DNA of 61,298 nucleotides, filler included, from Chiloscyllium plagiosum (GCF_004010195.1; 4 parts of one record of this genome joined end to end with filler, not necessarily neighbours in it); one strand, 5' to 3'. Shown: positions 36,261 through 50,232, counted from the first letter of the whole stretch. Translations and numbers: made by a program. The notes: a model not told the origin generated them from the sequence alone.

Positions 36261-39209
36261 CATATAGGACCGAGATGAAGGGGAACATTTTCACTCAGAG
36301 AATGATGAATCTCTATCCAGTTGGGCTGTAGAAGCTCTGATATTAGTGGTACTCAGTGGTAATGTGCCCACACCAGTCTGTTTAATTATCACAATGTTGT
36401 CCTTGCATGTAAGGTAAAGAGATGCCACTTTGTAATTGAGCGATTAAATTACTTCTAGCATCATGTCCTTATCATTGACTGGTGATGTTGGGTAAAGGGA
36501 GTTAATCATTGTTTTGTAAAGCAAATTAATTATTGCAACAGGATGTTAAAATATGTATGTACACAGTTTATTTACCTTTGTTAATGTCATGGTGTATTAT
36601 GCGAAGGTTTGGAAATCTGAAAGCAGAAACACTTGGTGTACAGTCAACTGTGAAATCTAACAGTGACATATTCTCCTGTACTCTGCATCTGTCTTGATAG
36701 ATTTTATCATTTGCCAAACAGCAGAATGTTTAACCACTGTCAAGGAGTGACATACCATACAGTGATGATATTATTGGTACAGCATTGTTTGTTCAATATA
36801 TATTTTGATTATTAATTGCAGCAATTTTATAAATTAAGGGGGCATATTACAGCTAAATTTGTTAGCTCTGAAAAACAAAGAAATCAAGATGCACAATTAA
36901 TTTTTCACAATTGGATGTTTTGTAGATGGCATGAATTTTCATGCTGCCTATGTATTTATTTTATTTTAATGTGCAGCCAGGACTAAACATTGTTAATTGG
37001 TTGCATGAATCAGTTAGGACATAATGTTGATGCTTGCTAATCCTGCTTGAGGTCAACCTGTATCTCTTAAACAGAAAGGGCATTGTTGCTGAAGCATTTG
37101 CTGAGAATCCTGTAGATGCTGAATCTTACTTGGGAAATAAACAAAAATGGCTGAACATGGGACAGTGAGGGTATTCAGGTTTTCTGACATTACATCCAGA
37201 AGGTGCGAAACAGGAAAGGTGTCCTAGGTCTGGTGGAAGCTAGGAAACCTTCTCGAGATATGGGCGAGAATTTCATTAAAAACTAGGAAGTCCAATGTCC
37301 AAGACTGTAAGTAGGTTCTGAGGTAAGCAGGTGGATGGAGTAATCCTATGCAGGCTTTTACAGTCAGCAGCCAGTAAAGAGGCCATCATCAGGATCGTTG
37401 TCCAACTGAGGATGGCAGCCCATTTCTCAGACCTGCCGGCCCAATCATAAAGCTAGCACCTCAAGAGCTTAGCCCAACACTTGTGATGTTTAAATCCATT
37501 GATGAGCTTGTATTGAATTTAAGAGTGAGGTTCGATGCTTTCCTAATATGCCAGGAACAAATGTCCAGGCCACAGTAGTAGAAGAGGTGAACCCCAGCTG
37601 TTGTAGCAGAGTCAAGGCAACAGCCATTGTTGCAGGACTGGTGAGAACCTCTGTGGACCTTCTGGGGATGCTCATTTCCTCTCTTGGTTACCCACTCAAC
37701 AATAAAATGCTCTGATAAAATGACAGCTGAAGCAGAAAGTTGTTAACTGGTCAGTTAATTGATTTAATTTACTGCCCAGTACTGGTTAGTCCATGGCCGT
37801 ACTGACATTCCAACCTTCCTAGTGCCATTTTATGATGCCTTCCACATGGTAAAATCTGTCTCCAGAGGACTGGTGAAATTTAATCAATGCTGAAAAGGCA
37901 GTAACTTCAAGTATCCATGGAAGTCAATCACAAAGTCTTTCCCTGAAAACCTTGTCACAAGAAGTTTAATTACCTCACATGAATAATCAAAGTCAATGAA
38001 TTCATGTCTTAATACGCCATATCCCACCAACTGTACTACTGATCTTACCCACTACTCAATTCACCACATCCCCCACCACTCCACACCCCCCCCCACCGCC
38101 AACAATCTCTATCAATCCATAACTAACATATACTGTTCAGTTCATGTACTTAGCACTCTAAAAAACCTTACATTTCAAACCTCACACTCATTGTCAAATA
38201 TGCAAATATAATTATCACATCACCCAAATATTTTATATATCACTTATTGGCACATTTCCCTCTCTTTTACAACTTGTTAGAGCACATAACCAAATAAAGT
38301 ACAAATTAATGGAAGAGGAGAGGTGTGCCTAATTGTTCTAACATTCCTGCAGGAGGTGACAATAGCCATTGTTAGAATGATTATTGCTGAGAATGTGGAT
38401 ATTGGCAGGACTGAAGCTATCAAAAATGGTATTCTTATACCTAATTTGCCTTCTCATATCTTATTACTCCTCACCTCAATCTCTTCTGATTTACTAAATA
38501 CATATGATACCTTACCCTTTTATTTTTTTCTCCTTGAAAATGTAAAACTAGTGCAACATGTCCAAAAAATATAGGTGCATAAAAGTGACAGTGATTTTGA
38601 AGAACATCGCCACTTGATTTCTCACTTGCAATTCCTGTTTAAATACTGCTGCTGTGTGTACTTTAGAGGATTAATAGAAGCAGGATATATGTGTGGTAAA
38701 ACAGAGCATTATTGAACTACACCACGTGTAAGGGGAAAGGATTACTCAGAGAATGGGGTTTTACACAACATCTTCTATTGTGATCTCAGATCTTGTTCCT
38801 GATGGACCAAGTCTCAGAGTAAGGCTGTCAGGCATGTACAATGAAATGCTTAGTGCACTGGAAACCTGCCAGAAACATGCAGTGCACAAAGGGGCATGCA
38901 AAGTTGTTATAGTTGTTCGGCTATTGTCTTACAAAAGGTTAGATTGCTGAGGCACCAACTCAGGGAGTGGCAGTAGCTTTGGGCGGAGTGATCTGCTGTC
39001 TCTTTCAAGTGATTTGTCTTGCCATCTCAACTCATCACCTGATGTTATATGTTAGTCATTCAGCCTAACTTGCTGCTGTCCATGCCAAGATGATGCAATC
39101 TGCAACCAGTATTCTAAATATAGGACTGTCTGAGTTCCTCCTGGAAGGCCATGGAAGCTTTCAACCAGCCACGTTATAGCTGCTGGAACATCATTATGTA
39201 GGAGCACTA

Positions 39210-39530
39210 CAATAGAATCCCGACAGTGTGGAAACAGGTCCTTTGGCCCAAAAGGTCCACACCAACCCTCCAAAGAGTAACCCACCCAGACCCATTCCCC
39301 TACCCTGTTATCCTGTATTTATCCCTGACTAATGTACCTAACCTACACATCCCTGAACACTATGCACAATTTAGCATGCCCAATTCACCTAAGCTGTACA
39401 TTTTTGGATTGTGGGAGGAAATCCGAGAACCCTGAGAAAATCCATGCAGACAGTTGCCTGAGGCTGCAATTGAACCTGGGTCCCTGGTGCTTTGTGGCAG
39501 AAGAGCTAACCACTGAGCCACCGTGCCAAC
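39210..39530 (-). mobile_element. HE1-type SINE (diverged)
   Basis: CAGTGTGGAAACAGG...CTAACCACTGAGCCACCGTGCC. Confidence 0.82.
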
Positions 39531-40049
39531 CCTCGGCAGAGACCCACAGAAGATAAACACAGAAAGAATGTATAAGGATAATTGTTTGAATTTTATTTGC
39601 AATATGATCAGATTCCCTTTATATATCATGTTTGAAATACTTATTATATGATAATTTTTAAGTTTGCATTGTGGCTAAGAAAAAAATGTGATGTTCGGTC
39701 ACAGGGAGGATAAAATTTGGGACTGCTGTGAATGAGAAATTGGCATTACAGCTACTACTATCACACATGATTGAGGTGTTTTGGGTACAATTTGTGCAGA
39801 AAGGTACTATGTCTTTTACACTATCCATCGCATGGTCTAGTTCCTTAGCTTGTTGCTTGACAGGTGGTGACAAAAGCTGTCCCCACATGTTGGCAGGATG
39901 GTGCAGCAACCTGCAGAAAATCGCAAACTTGAGATCTCCTCAGTGTGACTCTTCCTGTCAGCTGAATGCTTACCAATGGCCTGTTGCAGCATTTGTGTCA
40001 CATTATATTGCTCATTGTATGCATGTCATCTGTGTGGATGTACAATCTA

Positions 40050-40051
<2 letters not shown>

Positions 40052-40141
<90 letters not shown>
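40052..40141. repeat. (GT)n microsatellite
   Basis: About 90 bp of GT repeats with one interruption. Confidence 0.97.
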
Positions 40142-40145
<4 letters not shown>

Positions 40146-42392
40146 GGGAGGAGGTAGAATTGGACATCGTCAGAATGTTGTTGTTCTGGTACATTGCAGG
40201 GTTGATATTCAGTGCGGAGAAAACACTATTTGTGCAGCTCATGATACTCTGCACCATGGGGAAACCGACAATTCCAACAAACCTTCATGCTCACAATCCC
40301 TGCTCATCTCAAGCAAGAAGGAATGAAATGAATTTAGCTTTCTGTGAATAACGAGCCTCAGAAACTTCTCTTATGCACCAGTGTATGATAAACTGCAAAA
40401 TATTGCCAATATCTCCAACTCAAGCCTGGAAGAAACAAAATGCATAAAAGTTCATCATCATGGTTACCTGCTCAACGCTGACAATGTGATCTTGCTATGT
40501 GATGGTGTTGCAGTTCTGGCTGCAGTAGGCAATAGATTTGAATGAGGGCTTTTAGTTTGGCAGAGGTGTCTCACGGATTGCCTCTCACTGACGGTCAGGT
40601 GACAAAACTGTTTTGTGAACATGGATGACCTCCTGTTGAGTACTTTTCTCCTCCTTCTCCACCTCCTCCTTCTAGCAGCTTATTTTACTCTGAACAGAGG
40701 GCATATGTTTTCCCATCATAGCTGTATTCTAAAAGAGATTATCTATTAGTGCACCAGGTCTTGGAACAACTGGCTTCTTCAGAAATATTGAAGCCATCAA
40801 TATATTTCAGTGCTGGCCACACCACCCCTGTAGATTTTTGAAACAACTATCAAAAAATATGACATGTAATGTAGCAGCAACTGAGGGAAGAAATAAAGCA
40901 GAAACTAAATTGGAAGTGGCAGATGGTCTTGAATGATCTATGACAAGATTCTCCTAATCATTAATGTTAAGGCTACCATACTTCAGGGACAGCTTTAGTA
41001 TCTTTGTAGCTTTCTTTGTCCTTCCCTGGAATGCTGACCATTTGAAAACCATCAAGCTTCATCATGCTTTGAGGCCATATGCCTTAATGATGAGGCTGAG
41101 CAGTGATGGAGGTAAGAAAAGGAAACAAATCCTGCACACCAAATCTCACTACCACATAGGGCATCTTGCCACTCATGCACAAAGGGCTGCAAGTCAGAAA
41201 ATGGTCTGTTAAATCACATAAAGACTCACTGCAGAAACCACCAATCTTGAATAAATATCATTCCCAAATCAAGGTGGTGTAATATTGTTTTAAGGGCTGA
41301 GTATGCTAATGAGCCAGAGACTGGGCTTGTGCTCATCAGGCAGGAGTATTCTAGGTTGCAGCATTCAAGTGTTAAGATTTGCAGTTTTCTTTCTCTGCAA
41401 GTGCTAAGTTTCTGGAATCATTGGCCTAGATATTCTAATGACAGAGAGTCATTGGAGTAGTGTAGACTGTGCACCAAGTCCATGCAAAATCTCCAATGAA
41501 GAAAATTCCATAGGAATTGCCTGGAAAATTGAATTTTCCAATGGGAAAGACCCCTGCATCTGAAACCCCCAGAAAGTGTCCATCAACAGTGAGAATACAG
41601 AGGGTATGACACACTTTAACTTCAGGAGAAGTTAGAGAATTGAAGACCTACTCTAATTCATTAACTATTAAACTAACCTTTCAACTCACAACTGACTCCC
41701 ACCTCCAAGCAACACATCTTGGGCCCTTTCTCCAAGATTCACCTCAACAAACCTCTTAACCCTCCACCCCAATACTACACTACACAAACACACAGACATA
41801 CGCAAACCCAATCAACTCAAAGCTCCCCCAATTCCCCAACCACTATTTACTAATCAGTGTTATAGTTATATCTTTGTGTTAGGAACATAGCACAAGAAAA
41901 CAATTGACAACAATGATGGCCATTGATTCTCTTCTAAATAGCAGTGACTGTGGTCCTTCATGTTGTTTAATTTGTGTTCTACTACGCAATACTAATGGTG
42001 GGCATCAGTTCTGAACTCTAAAATGACAGCACAGGCATCAAAGTAGCATTGTGCCCTGACTATCTACCTGATATATATATTTCAAATGAAATTTCACAGC
42101 CTACAAGTTAACGTCTGCAACAAAATACCATCCAGCATGCTTTCCATTATAATGCCATTTTCAAATTCAAGGGCTCTTGTATCATTTAAGAGTGTGCATT
42201 ATGAAATCCAATTTCTTACCCAGACTTTTTTTTCAGATTTCCTAAAGATTATCATTGCACGGTTTAATATGTTCTTGTAATCCTAAGCAGTTTGTTGGTA
42301 GTCCATCTCTGTAACTACACTGTGTAAATGTAAACAATTTTAGCAAGATAATAATAACATATATAAACAAAATACCATAAAAACTAATGATT

Positions 42393-42590
42393 AGTTAGCT
42401 CAGTTGGCTGGATGGCTGATTTGCAATGCATAGTGATACCAACAGTATGGGTTCAAATCCTACTCTAGCTGACTTCACCTGATGAAGGAGCAGCACTCAA
42501 AAGCTTGTGATTTCAAATACACTGATTGGACTATAACCTGGTGTCATGCAACTTCTGACTTTATGCACATCTGGTCCAACACCAGCACCT
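42393..42590 (+). mobile_element. tRNA-derived SINE head joined to a Penelope end carrying a degenerate HHR
   Basis: A box TAGCTCAGTTGG, B box GGTTCAAATCC, then CACCTGATGAAGGAGCAGCACTCAAAAGCTTGTG. Confidence 0.5.
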
Positions 42591-42599
42591 CATATCATA

Positions 42600-42969
42600 T
42601 ACATCAGCTGAGGAAAAATGAGGTACGAAGGTAAACTGGCCAAGAATATTAAGGAGGATAGTAAAAGCTTTTTTAGGTATGTGCAAGGCAAAAAAATGGT
42701 TAGGACAAGAATTGGGCCCTTGAAGACAGAAACAGGGGAATATATTACTAGGAACAAAGAAATGGCAGAGGAATTAAATGGGTACTTCAGATCTGTGTTC
42801 ACTGGGGAAGACACAAGCAATCTCCCTGAGGTAACAGTGGCTGAAGGACCTGAACTTAAGGGAATTTATATTTGCCAAGATTTGGTGTTGGAGAAGCTGT
42901 TAGGTCTGAAGATTGATAAGTCTCCGGGGCCTGATGGTCTACATCCCAGAGTACTGAAGGAGGTGGCTC
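42600..42969 (+). mobile_element. CR1 LINE ORF2 fragment
   Basis: KSFFRYV...EMAEELNGYFRSVFT...KSPGPDGLHPRVLKE. Confidence 0.88.
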
Positions 42970-43069
42970 NNNNNNNNNNNNNNNNNNNNNNNNNNNNNNN
43001 NNNNNNNNNNNNNTTAATTAATTAANNNNNNNNNNNNNNNNNNNNNNNNNNNNNNNNNNNNNNNNNNNN

Positions 43070-43442
43070 CTGATGAAGGGCTTTTGCCCGAAACGTCGAT
43101 TTTGCCTGTCCTCGGATGCTGCCTGAATTGCTGTGCTCTTCCAGCGCCACTGATCCAGAATCTGGTTTCCAGCATCTGCAGTCATTGTTTTTACCTCGTT
43201 GATTTTAACCCTACTGCGAATCCTCTTGCAAGGATGCCTGCCTTGAAGAAGTTTTCCTCCTCTCTCCGCAAGAATACTCTATGCTACTCTCTCCCCACCC
43301 CCACCATCCTCTAGCTTATCTCTCCACGCTTCAGGCTCTCTGCCTTTATTCCTGATGAAGGGCTTTTGCCCGAAACGTCGATTTTGCCTGTCCTCGGATG
43401 CTGCCTGAATTGCTGTGCCCTTCCAGCACCACTGATCCAGAA
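43070..43442 (+). mobile_element. Tandem Penelope terminal repeats with two intact hammerhead motifs
   Basis: CTGATGAAGGGCTTTTGCCCGAAACGTCGATT at 43070 and 43352 (direct repeats, 282 bp apart). Confidence 0.85.
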
Positions 43443-45689
43443 TATGGAGGATAGTGGACTAGTATAGGTTAGGTGGGCTTGGATCGGCGCAACATCGAGG
43501 GCCAAAGGGCCTGTACTGCGCTATATTTTTCTATGTTTCTACTTCTCCCTATCTAGAGCTTTATCAACTTAGTTCATCATTTTATGGTCACCCTGTCAAA
43601 CAACAATGCAGCTATATTTCCTTGAGACTTGTTGGCTGACTTTTACTGAAGGTCACTTAGAATTGGTGAAGTTTGGTGGCTCTGTTGACATGTTGCTCAC
43701 AAGATTGTTTCACTCAGCATTGTTGTTGCATGCTGTAGGCAAGGCTTGCAAGCTGCTGAATAATTTACAGTGCTGAGTAAGCTGAAGATATTAGAGTTGC
43801 ATGTGTGAGAGAATTTCACCATCTGCAGTTGTCAGAAAAATGTGATAAAATGGATTAGTTTCTTCACAACAACGGCTAGGTTCCATGAGGAAATGATGTG
43901 GTTGCTAAATAAAGCATACTTCAATGTTTGATGCAGTGGTGGAACACTGATCAGTTGTTGAAAAAGCTCCTAATGCTGTCTGAAAATTGGAATTTGATTA
44001 TCACAGTTTTATTGCCATTGCCAGTTTTTGGTCTCATGTCGCAATGAACACCATACCTGGGGCAAGCAAGTGGCACAACACAAGTCAAAACCTCATGGTG
44101 AAAGACTTGATTGTTCAAATACTTGTCAGACTTGAACATTGACAATAACTATGAGATAAGGAAAGAAGGAGCTGGGAGAAATTTTTATGAAAAGAAATTT
44201 GGTGTCCTGCCTGAGGAACATGACTTTATTATGTCTCTTTTTTTCTCAGGCAATAAGAACTAAATTTGAGACTGAACAGCTGATAATATATGTGTTGGAG
44301 AAATCTGATGTTGGAACAAGATTGATCCTTTCGAGTTAGAGTTAGAGGAGGTAGGCAGGATTCAAGCCGACACTGAAGACATGTGTAGGAGAGTTGAATT
44401 TAGGAAAAGAACAGAAATGGAAGGACTTAATTGCAATTTTGATTGCAAGGTGGTTTCTAGTTAAGCTTGTGGATCCAGGGGATAAATACCAGTTCTCTTT
44501 TTTTTGCCTTTATTCCTTCATGGAACATTGGCTTTGTTGGCAAGGTCAGCATTTGTTGCCCAATCCTGATTCCCTTTGAACTGAATAGCTTGCTCACAAA
44601 ATTTCAGAACGCATTTAAGAGTCAACCACATTGTTGTGGATCTAGAGTCAAATGTAGATCAGGTAGGGATGGAAGATATCCTTTCCTTAAGTGCCAAAAT
44701 GGTTTTTATAACTATTGATGATAGTCATCATTACTGATTCTGGCTTTCAATTTCAAATTTATTATTTGAATTCAAATTCCACCAACCGGACCTCAGGATT
44801 ATTGGGATAGTTACATTCCCACCATGCTGTCACCTCAGCCATGAGTACTGCTGGAAGCACATTTAACTGTTCCATTCTAGATGGCCTTAACACCTTACAG
44901 TTATCAGGTTAGCCAAGGTCCAAGAAACCAATCCAGTATGAAATGGAAATAACTGGTGAGGTTTGCAGCCTCTTTACAGTTTTGAAATTAGAAACTTACT
45001 TCCAAGGAGCAGATTGGTCTTGCACACCAAACTGCCTCAACTGAAATAAAAATAAGAAGTGCTGCAAAATCCCATCTGGAATGATCGGTGGAGAAATAGA
45101 GTTTACATTGCGTGTCCAGAATTACTCTTCTTTGGAATTCTACTGAAATGGGATGTAGGCCAGTGGGAGGTACTTAGGGTTGGATTTCAGATTTTGTTTA
45201 TTTTACATCCCCATCCAGTCTCTGCCTATTTATCCCAATGGGTTTAGCATCATTGGATCTATAGTAGGAACTACTGGTAACTAGTAACAGGAAATCTAAG
45301 AACATAGGTTTGTAATTTATCTGATGTAGTAAATAGAAATAATGCATTTATTAGTGAGAAATGGCAATAATATTCTTGAGGGATCAGGCCTGGAGTTTCA
45401 CTGCATATGTTTGTAATGACTTTGTTGAAGAAACAGAGTTGTTTACAGGGGATACTAAATTAAGACACAAAAAGTGGTAAAGATTATGGGTAGGAAATTA
45501 CGAAAGGTTATGGACGGATTAAGTTAGTCATTGACCTTGAATCTAAGCATGGCAACCTAGCATGGTTGCCTGAGGAAGAGAGGCTTGCAGGAACAAAACG
45601 ATGTAGATGCCCATTTACAGAAATCGCTAAGAACTTGAAAAGTGAAAAAAAAATCAGAAGTGGAATATTGGCTTCATCCTCATCACACT

Positions 45690-47720
45690 CATTAAAGGCC
45701 TTATCATTCTCCATAAAGGTCCTACTTTGACTTGACTTTCCAAAATGCAAGACCTCACACTTATCTACATAAAACTCCATTTGCCATTTTTTGACCACTT
45801 CCCCAGCTGACCAAGGCTCTGCTGCAATTTCTGATAACCGTCTTCACTGTCCACAATACCATCTATTTGAGTGCCATGTGCAAACTTACTAACCATGTCT
45901 TGTACACTCATCCAAATCATTGATATAGATAACAAACAGCAATGGGCCTAGCACTGACCCCTGATGCACTCCACTAGTCACAGGCCTCTAGTCTGACAAG
46001 CATCCTTCCACTATTACCATTTGTTTCCCGCCATCAAGACAATTGTGTATTCAGTTGCCAGAACCCTTTGGATTCCATGCGATCAAACCTTCCAGAGCAA
46101 TCTACCTTGTGGATCCTTATCAAAGACCTTCCTGAAATCCATATAGACTACATCTATCACCATGCCCTCATCAACCTTCCTGGTCACTTTATCAAAGAAC
46201 TTTCACAAATTTGTGAGGCATGGTCTCCCACACACAAAGCCATGCTGACTATTCCCAATCAAACCCTGTCTTTCCAAATGCATGTAAATTTTATCTCTCA
46301 GAATCTTCTCAAGTAACTTAACTACCACAGATATTAGACCTACTGGTCTGTAATTCCCATATTTTTCTTTGCAGCTTTTCTTGAATAAGGGCACAACATT
46401 CGCTAAGCTTCAGTCTTCCAGGAGCTCACCTGTGGGCATCAATGATGCAAAAATAACAGCCAGGGCCCCACAGTTTCTTCTCTTACCTCTTGCAGTGTTC
46501 TTGGATACCTATGGTCAGGACAAAGAGATTTATCCAACTTCATGCATTCTAATATGTCCAATACCTCTTCTTTTCTGATATGGACTGTCCGTAAGATATC
46601 ACTACTAACTGACCCAAGTTCCCAAGTCTTCATGTCTTTCTCCACAGAGGAGAAATATTTATTGAGGACCACACCCATTTTCTGTGGTTCTATACAAACA
46701 TGTCCATTTTGGTCCTTGAGGAGTCCCATTCTCTCTCCAGTTATTCTTTGTTCCTTTCATCTACTTAAAGGACCTTTTTTGGATTCACCCTAATCTTCTC
46801 CCCATTTCCCCGTCCTGATTTCCTTCCTCAGTAATCTCTTGTATCCCCTATATTCCTCTAAGGGTTCCCTTGATCCCAGCTGCCTGTACCTGAGCCATGC
46901 CTCCTTTTTCTGGTCAAAGCCTCAATATCCCTAGCCATCCAGGTTTCTCTATTCCTTGCTTTTCACCCCCACAGGAACATGTAGACCTTGAACTCCAGTT
47001 ATCTCACTTTTACAGGCCTCCCAGAGGTCCCTTTGCCTGCAAACAAACAACTCAATCACCCTCTGCAAGCCACTGTCTAATTCCATCAAAATTCGTCTTG
47101 CCACAATTAAGAACTTAAACCTGTGGACCAGTTTTGTCACTCTCCATACTATTTTAAATTAACAGAACTATGGCCACTGGTCTCAAGTGCTCTCCCACTA
47201 TCACCTCAGTCGCCTGTCCTGCCCTAATTTGCAAGAATAGTTTGTGTTTTGCCCATTCCTGAGTAGGACCCTTTATGTACTACTTGAGAAAATTTTCCTG
47301 AATGCACTAATCTGCCAATCTGCCCCTCCCTTAGCCATGTGACTGTAATTGCTATAATGTCCCAGTTTCACGTACCTATCCATGCCCTGAACTCATTGGC
47401 CTTACCTGTCAGCCCTCTTGCATTGAAATAGATGCAATTCAATCCACAGTCATTCCTTGCTCTCTGTCATGTTTGAGCCTGACCTTTCTATTCAATTTAC
47501 TAGTTCTGATTACTGTATCTCCTTTGAGCCTTGCACTTGCCTCGCTGCTGTTGAGGATCCCACAACCCCTGCCAATCTAGTTTAAACCTTCTCTTGCAGC
47601 ACTAGCAAACCTGGCTGCCAAGGTATTGGTTCCCCTTCATTTCAGGTGCAAACTGTCCCTCTTCAACAGGTATCTCTGCCCCAGGCAAGATCCCAGTGAT
47701 CTAAAAATCTGAACCCCTTA
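45690..47720 (-). mobile_element. Decayed CR1 LINE
   Basis: KWQMEFYVDKCEVLHFG, GNYRPVGLISVVVKLLE, SQHGFVCGRPCLTNL. Confidence 0.85.
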
Positions 47721-47825
47721 CCCACTAGGGTTATTTCTACTGTTATCTTTTCTGGTGCCTTGGTTTATGTCTGGCGGTCCATCGGCTTCATTTATTTGGT
47801 GAGACTTCATGGCAATTAATGCAAC

Positions 47826-48135
47826 AGAATCTCTACAGTATGGAAACAGGCCCTTCAGTCCAACAAGTCCGCACCGACCCTCAAAAGAATAATCCACCCA
47901 GAATGATTCCCCTACACTAACTTTTCCCCTGACTAATACACCTAACACTATGGGCAATTTAGCATAGCCAATTCATCTGAAGTGGATTGTGGGAGGAAAC
48001 TGGAGAAAACCCATGCAGACACGGGGAGAATGTGCAAACTCCATGCAGACAGTCACCTGATGCTGGGTGAATTGAACCTGGGTCCCTGGCGCTGTGAGGC
48101 AGCACTGCTCACCACTGAGCCACCTTGCCACCCCT
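47826..48135 (-). mobile_element. HE1-type SINE
   Basis: Homologous to 12249-12575. Confidence 0.82.
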
Positions 48136-48189
48136 TAACTTTTCCAACATCATCTATGGTTTCATGGTCATCCTTGAATTTTAGAGTCA

Positions 48190-48640
48190 AAGAATCCCTA
48201 CAGTTTGGAAGCAGGCCATTCAGTGTTGAAACTTTATTGCTGGAACAACACAGCAGGTCAGGCAGCATCCAGGGAACAGGAGATTCGACGTTTCGGGCAC
48301 AGGCCCTTCTTTGGAAGCAGGCCATTCAGCCCATTGAGTCCACACCAACCCTCTGATGAGCATCCCACACAGACCCACCTACCCTATCCCTGTAACCCTG
48401 CACCTCCCAAAGCTAATGCAGCTAACCACACATCCCTGAACAGTGGGCAATTTAGCATGGCCAATCCACCTAACCAACAGATCTTCGAACTGTTGGAGGA
48501 AATCGGAGCTCTGAGAGGAAACCCACATAGACACTGGGAAATGTGAAAACTGCACACAGCCAGTTGCTCAAGGGTGGAATTTATTCCGGGTCCCTGGTGC
48601 TGTGAGGCAGCAGTACCAGCCAGTGAGGCACCATGCCGCC
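48190..48640 (-). mobile_element. HE1-type SINE interrupted by an 86-bp Penelope-end insertion (48224-48309)
   Basis: 20-bp duplication TTTGGAAGCAGGCCATTCAG at 48204-48223 and 48310-48329. Confidence 0.8.
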
Positions 48641-49119
48641 ATCATCAGAAGATTCTTAATTCCAGACCTTTCTTTATTTGAATTCAAGTTCCACCAAATT
48701 CTGTCAATGCAGGTTGTTGGCTGGGTACCCAGAACATTAGTTGACTTTCTAGATTAAAGGTCCAGCGATAATGCAACTAGGCCAAATAAAAATATATGTG
48801 TATATAAAGAGAGAGGGGAATGTTCCTGTCTCTCTCTTGGTCTCTTGGTCTCTCTCTTTATCTCTATAGCACTGTTCTTTTAATTGTATTTGGAAAGAAA
48901 AAGCTAATTTTGAGAATGATAATAACCCATGTTGTTTTGTGGTCAGATTTCAAAGCCAAAGACAGATGTGGTTGGAATTTTATAGCATAATTAACTTGAG
49001 AATGTGTTTTACAACTTTAATGTCACAACACATTGTTCTTAGCCCTTTACTTTTGAAGATCAGCAAGGAAGATAGCATAAAATCCTACCATTCATAGTGA
49101 ATTCATTTAACCATAATGT

Positions 49120-49900
49120 TTTAACAGAAACAGAAATTGCTGGAAAAACTCAGCAGGCTTGACATCATCTGTGGAGAGGAAACATGGTTAATGTTTTGGA
49201 TCTAGTGACCCTTTTTCAGAACTAAGAACATTAAAGCACAGGAATAAGTCCTTCAGCCCACAGTGGCTTGATTATGGTAGCAGTTCATGTGACAACAAGA
49301 GCTGATTTTTGGGGGTTAGAGTTAGGACATGGGAAAAAGTACTTATCCCTATAATTATTGAAGTTGATTTGAGTCCTAAAGGATGCAGGATTCCTATATA
49401 GAAACTGAGATGTTGTGCTTCCAGCTTGCATTGAGCTTGGCTTGAGGACTGCAGTAATCCTGAGTCACAGATGTTGGCCGGGAAACACAATAACGTGTTG
49501 AAGCGACAAGCTACAAGAAGGTCAGTGTCAATTTTACAGGTAGAACATAGATTTTATGCAAAGCAGTCACCCCATTTGTTTCATTTCCCCAATGTTGAGC
49601 AGACCACATTATGAGCATTAATCAAGTGAAGTGCAGGTAAATCACTGCTTCACCTGGAAGTATGTCTGGGACCTTGGAAGACAATTGATTGTCAGCAGCT
49701 ATTGAGCCTCCCAGGCTGATATTTACCCATTTTTTGACTGCCCAACTGTTGTTCTCTCACTCTGGGCTCCATCTCCATCTATCATTTACACCTTTGCCTT
49801 CCTCTTCACCTCATCTTCAGCAAATAGACTAATTTTTTCCAAGCTATAATCAATTCTGAAGAAGTGTCACTGGATTCAAAACATTAACCCTGCTTTCTTA
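49120..49900 (-). mobile_element. Old Penelope relic with GIY-YIG C-terminus and inverted HHR-like termini
   Basis: LLQSSSQAQCKLEAQHLSFYIGILHPLGL; degenerate CTGAAGA...AAACATTAAC motifs at about 49190 (-) and 49856 (+). Confidence 0.6.
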
Positions 49901-49904
49901 TGTA

Positions 49905-50232
49905 ATCAAAGAACCCCTACAGTGCAGAAGCAGCCTATTCAGCCCATCGAGTTTGCACGAACCCTCTGAAAAGCATCCACCCAGATCCACCTATCCCGGG
50001 AACCCTGCATTTTCAATGGCTAATTCATTTAGCCTGCAATCCTTGGACCTTATGGGCAGTTTAGCATGGCCAATCCACCTAACCTGAACATCTTTGGACT
50101 GTGGAAGGAAACCTGAACTTCCAGAGTGGATCCCATGCAGACACAGGGAGAATATGCAAATTCATCCAAGGGTGGAATCGAATATGGGTCCTTGGTGCTG
50201 TAAGGCACCAGTGCTAACCATTGAGCCGCCAC
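49905..50232 (-). mobile_element. HE1-type SINE (diverged)
   Basis: GGGCAGTTTAGCATGGCCAATCCACCTAACC core and tRNA-like head on the minus strand. Confidence 0.75.

Noticed and set aside
39728..40351. 207-aa ORF with poly-CV
   Set aside because: Open only because of the (GT)n microsatellite; no protein-like signal
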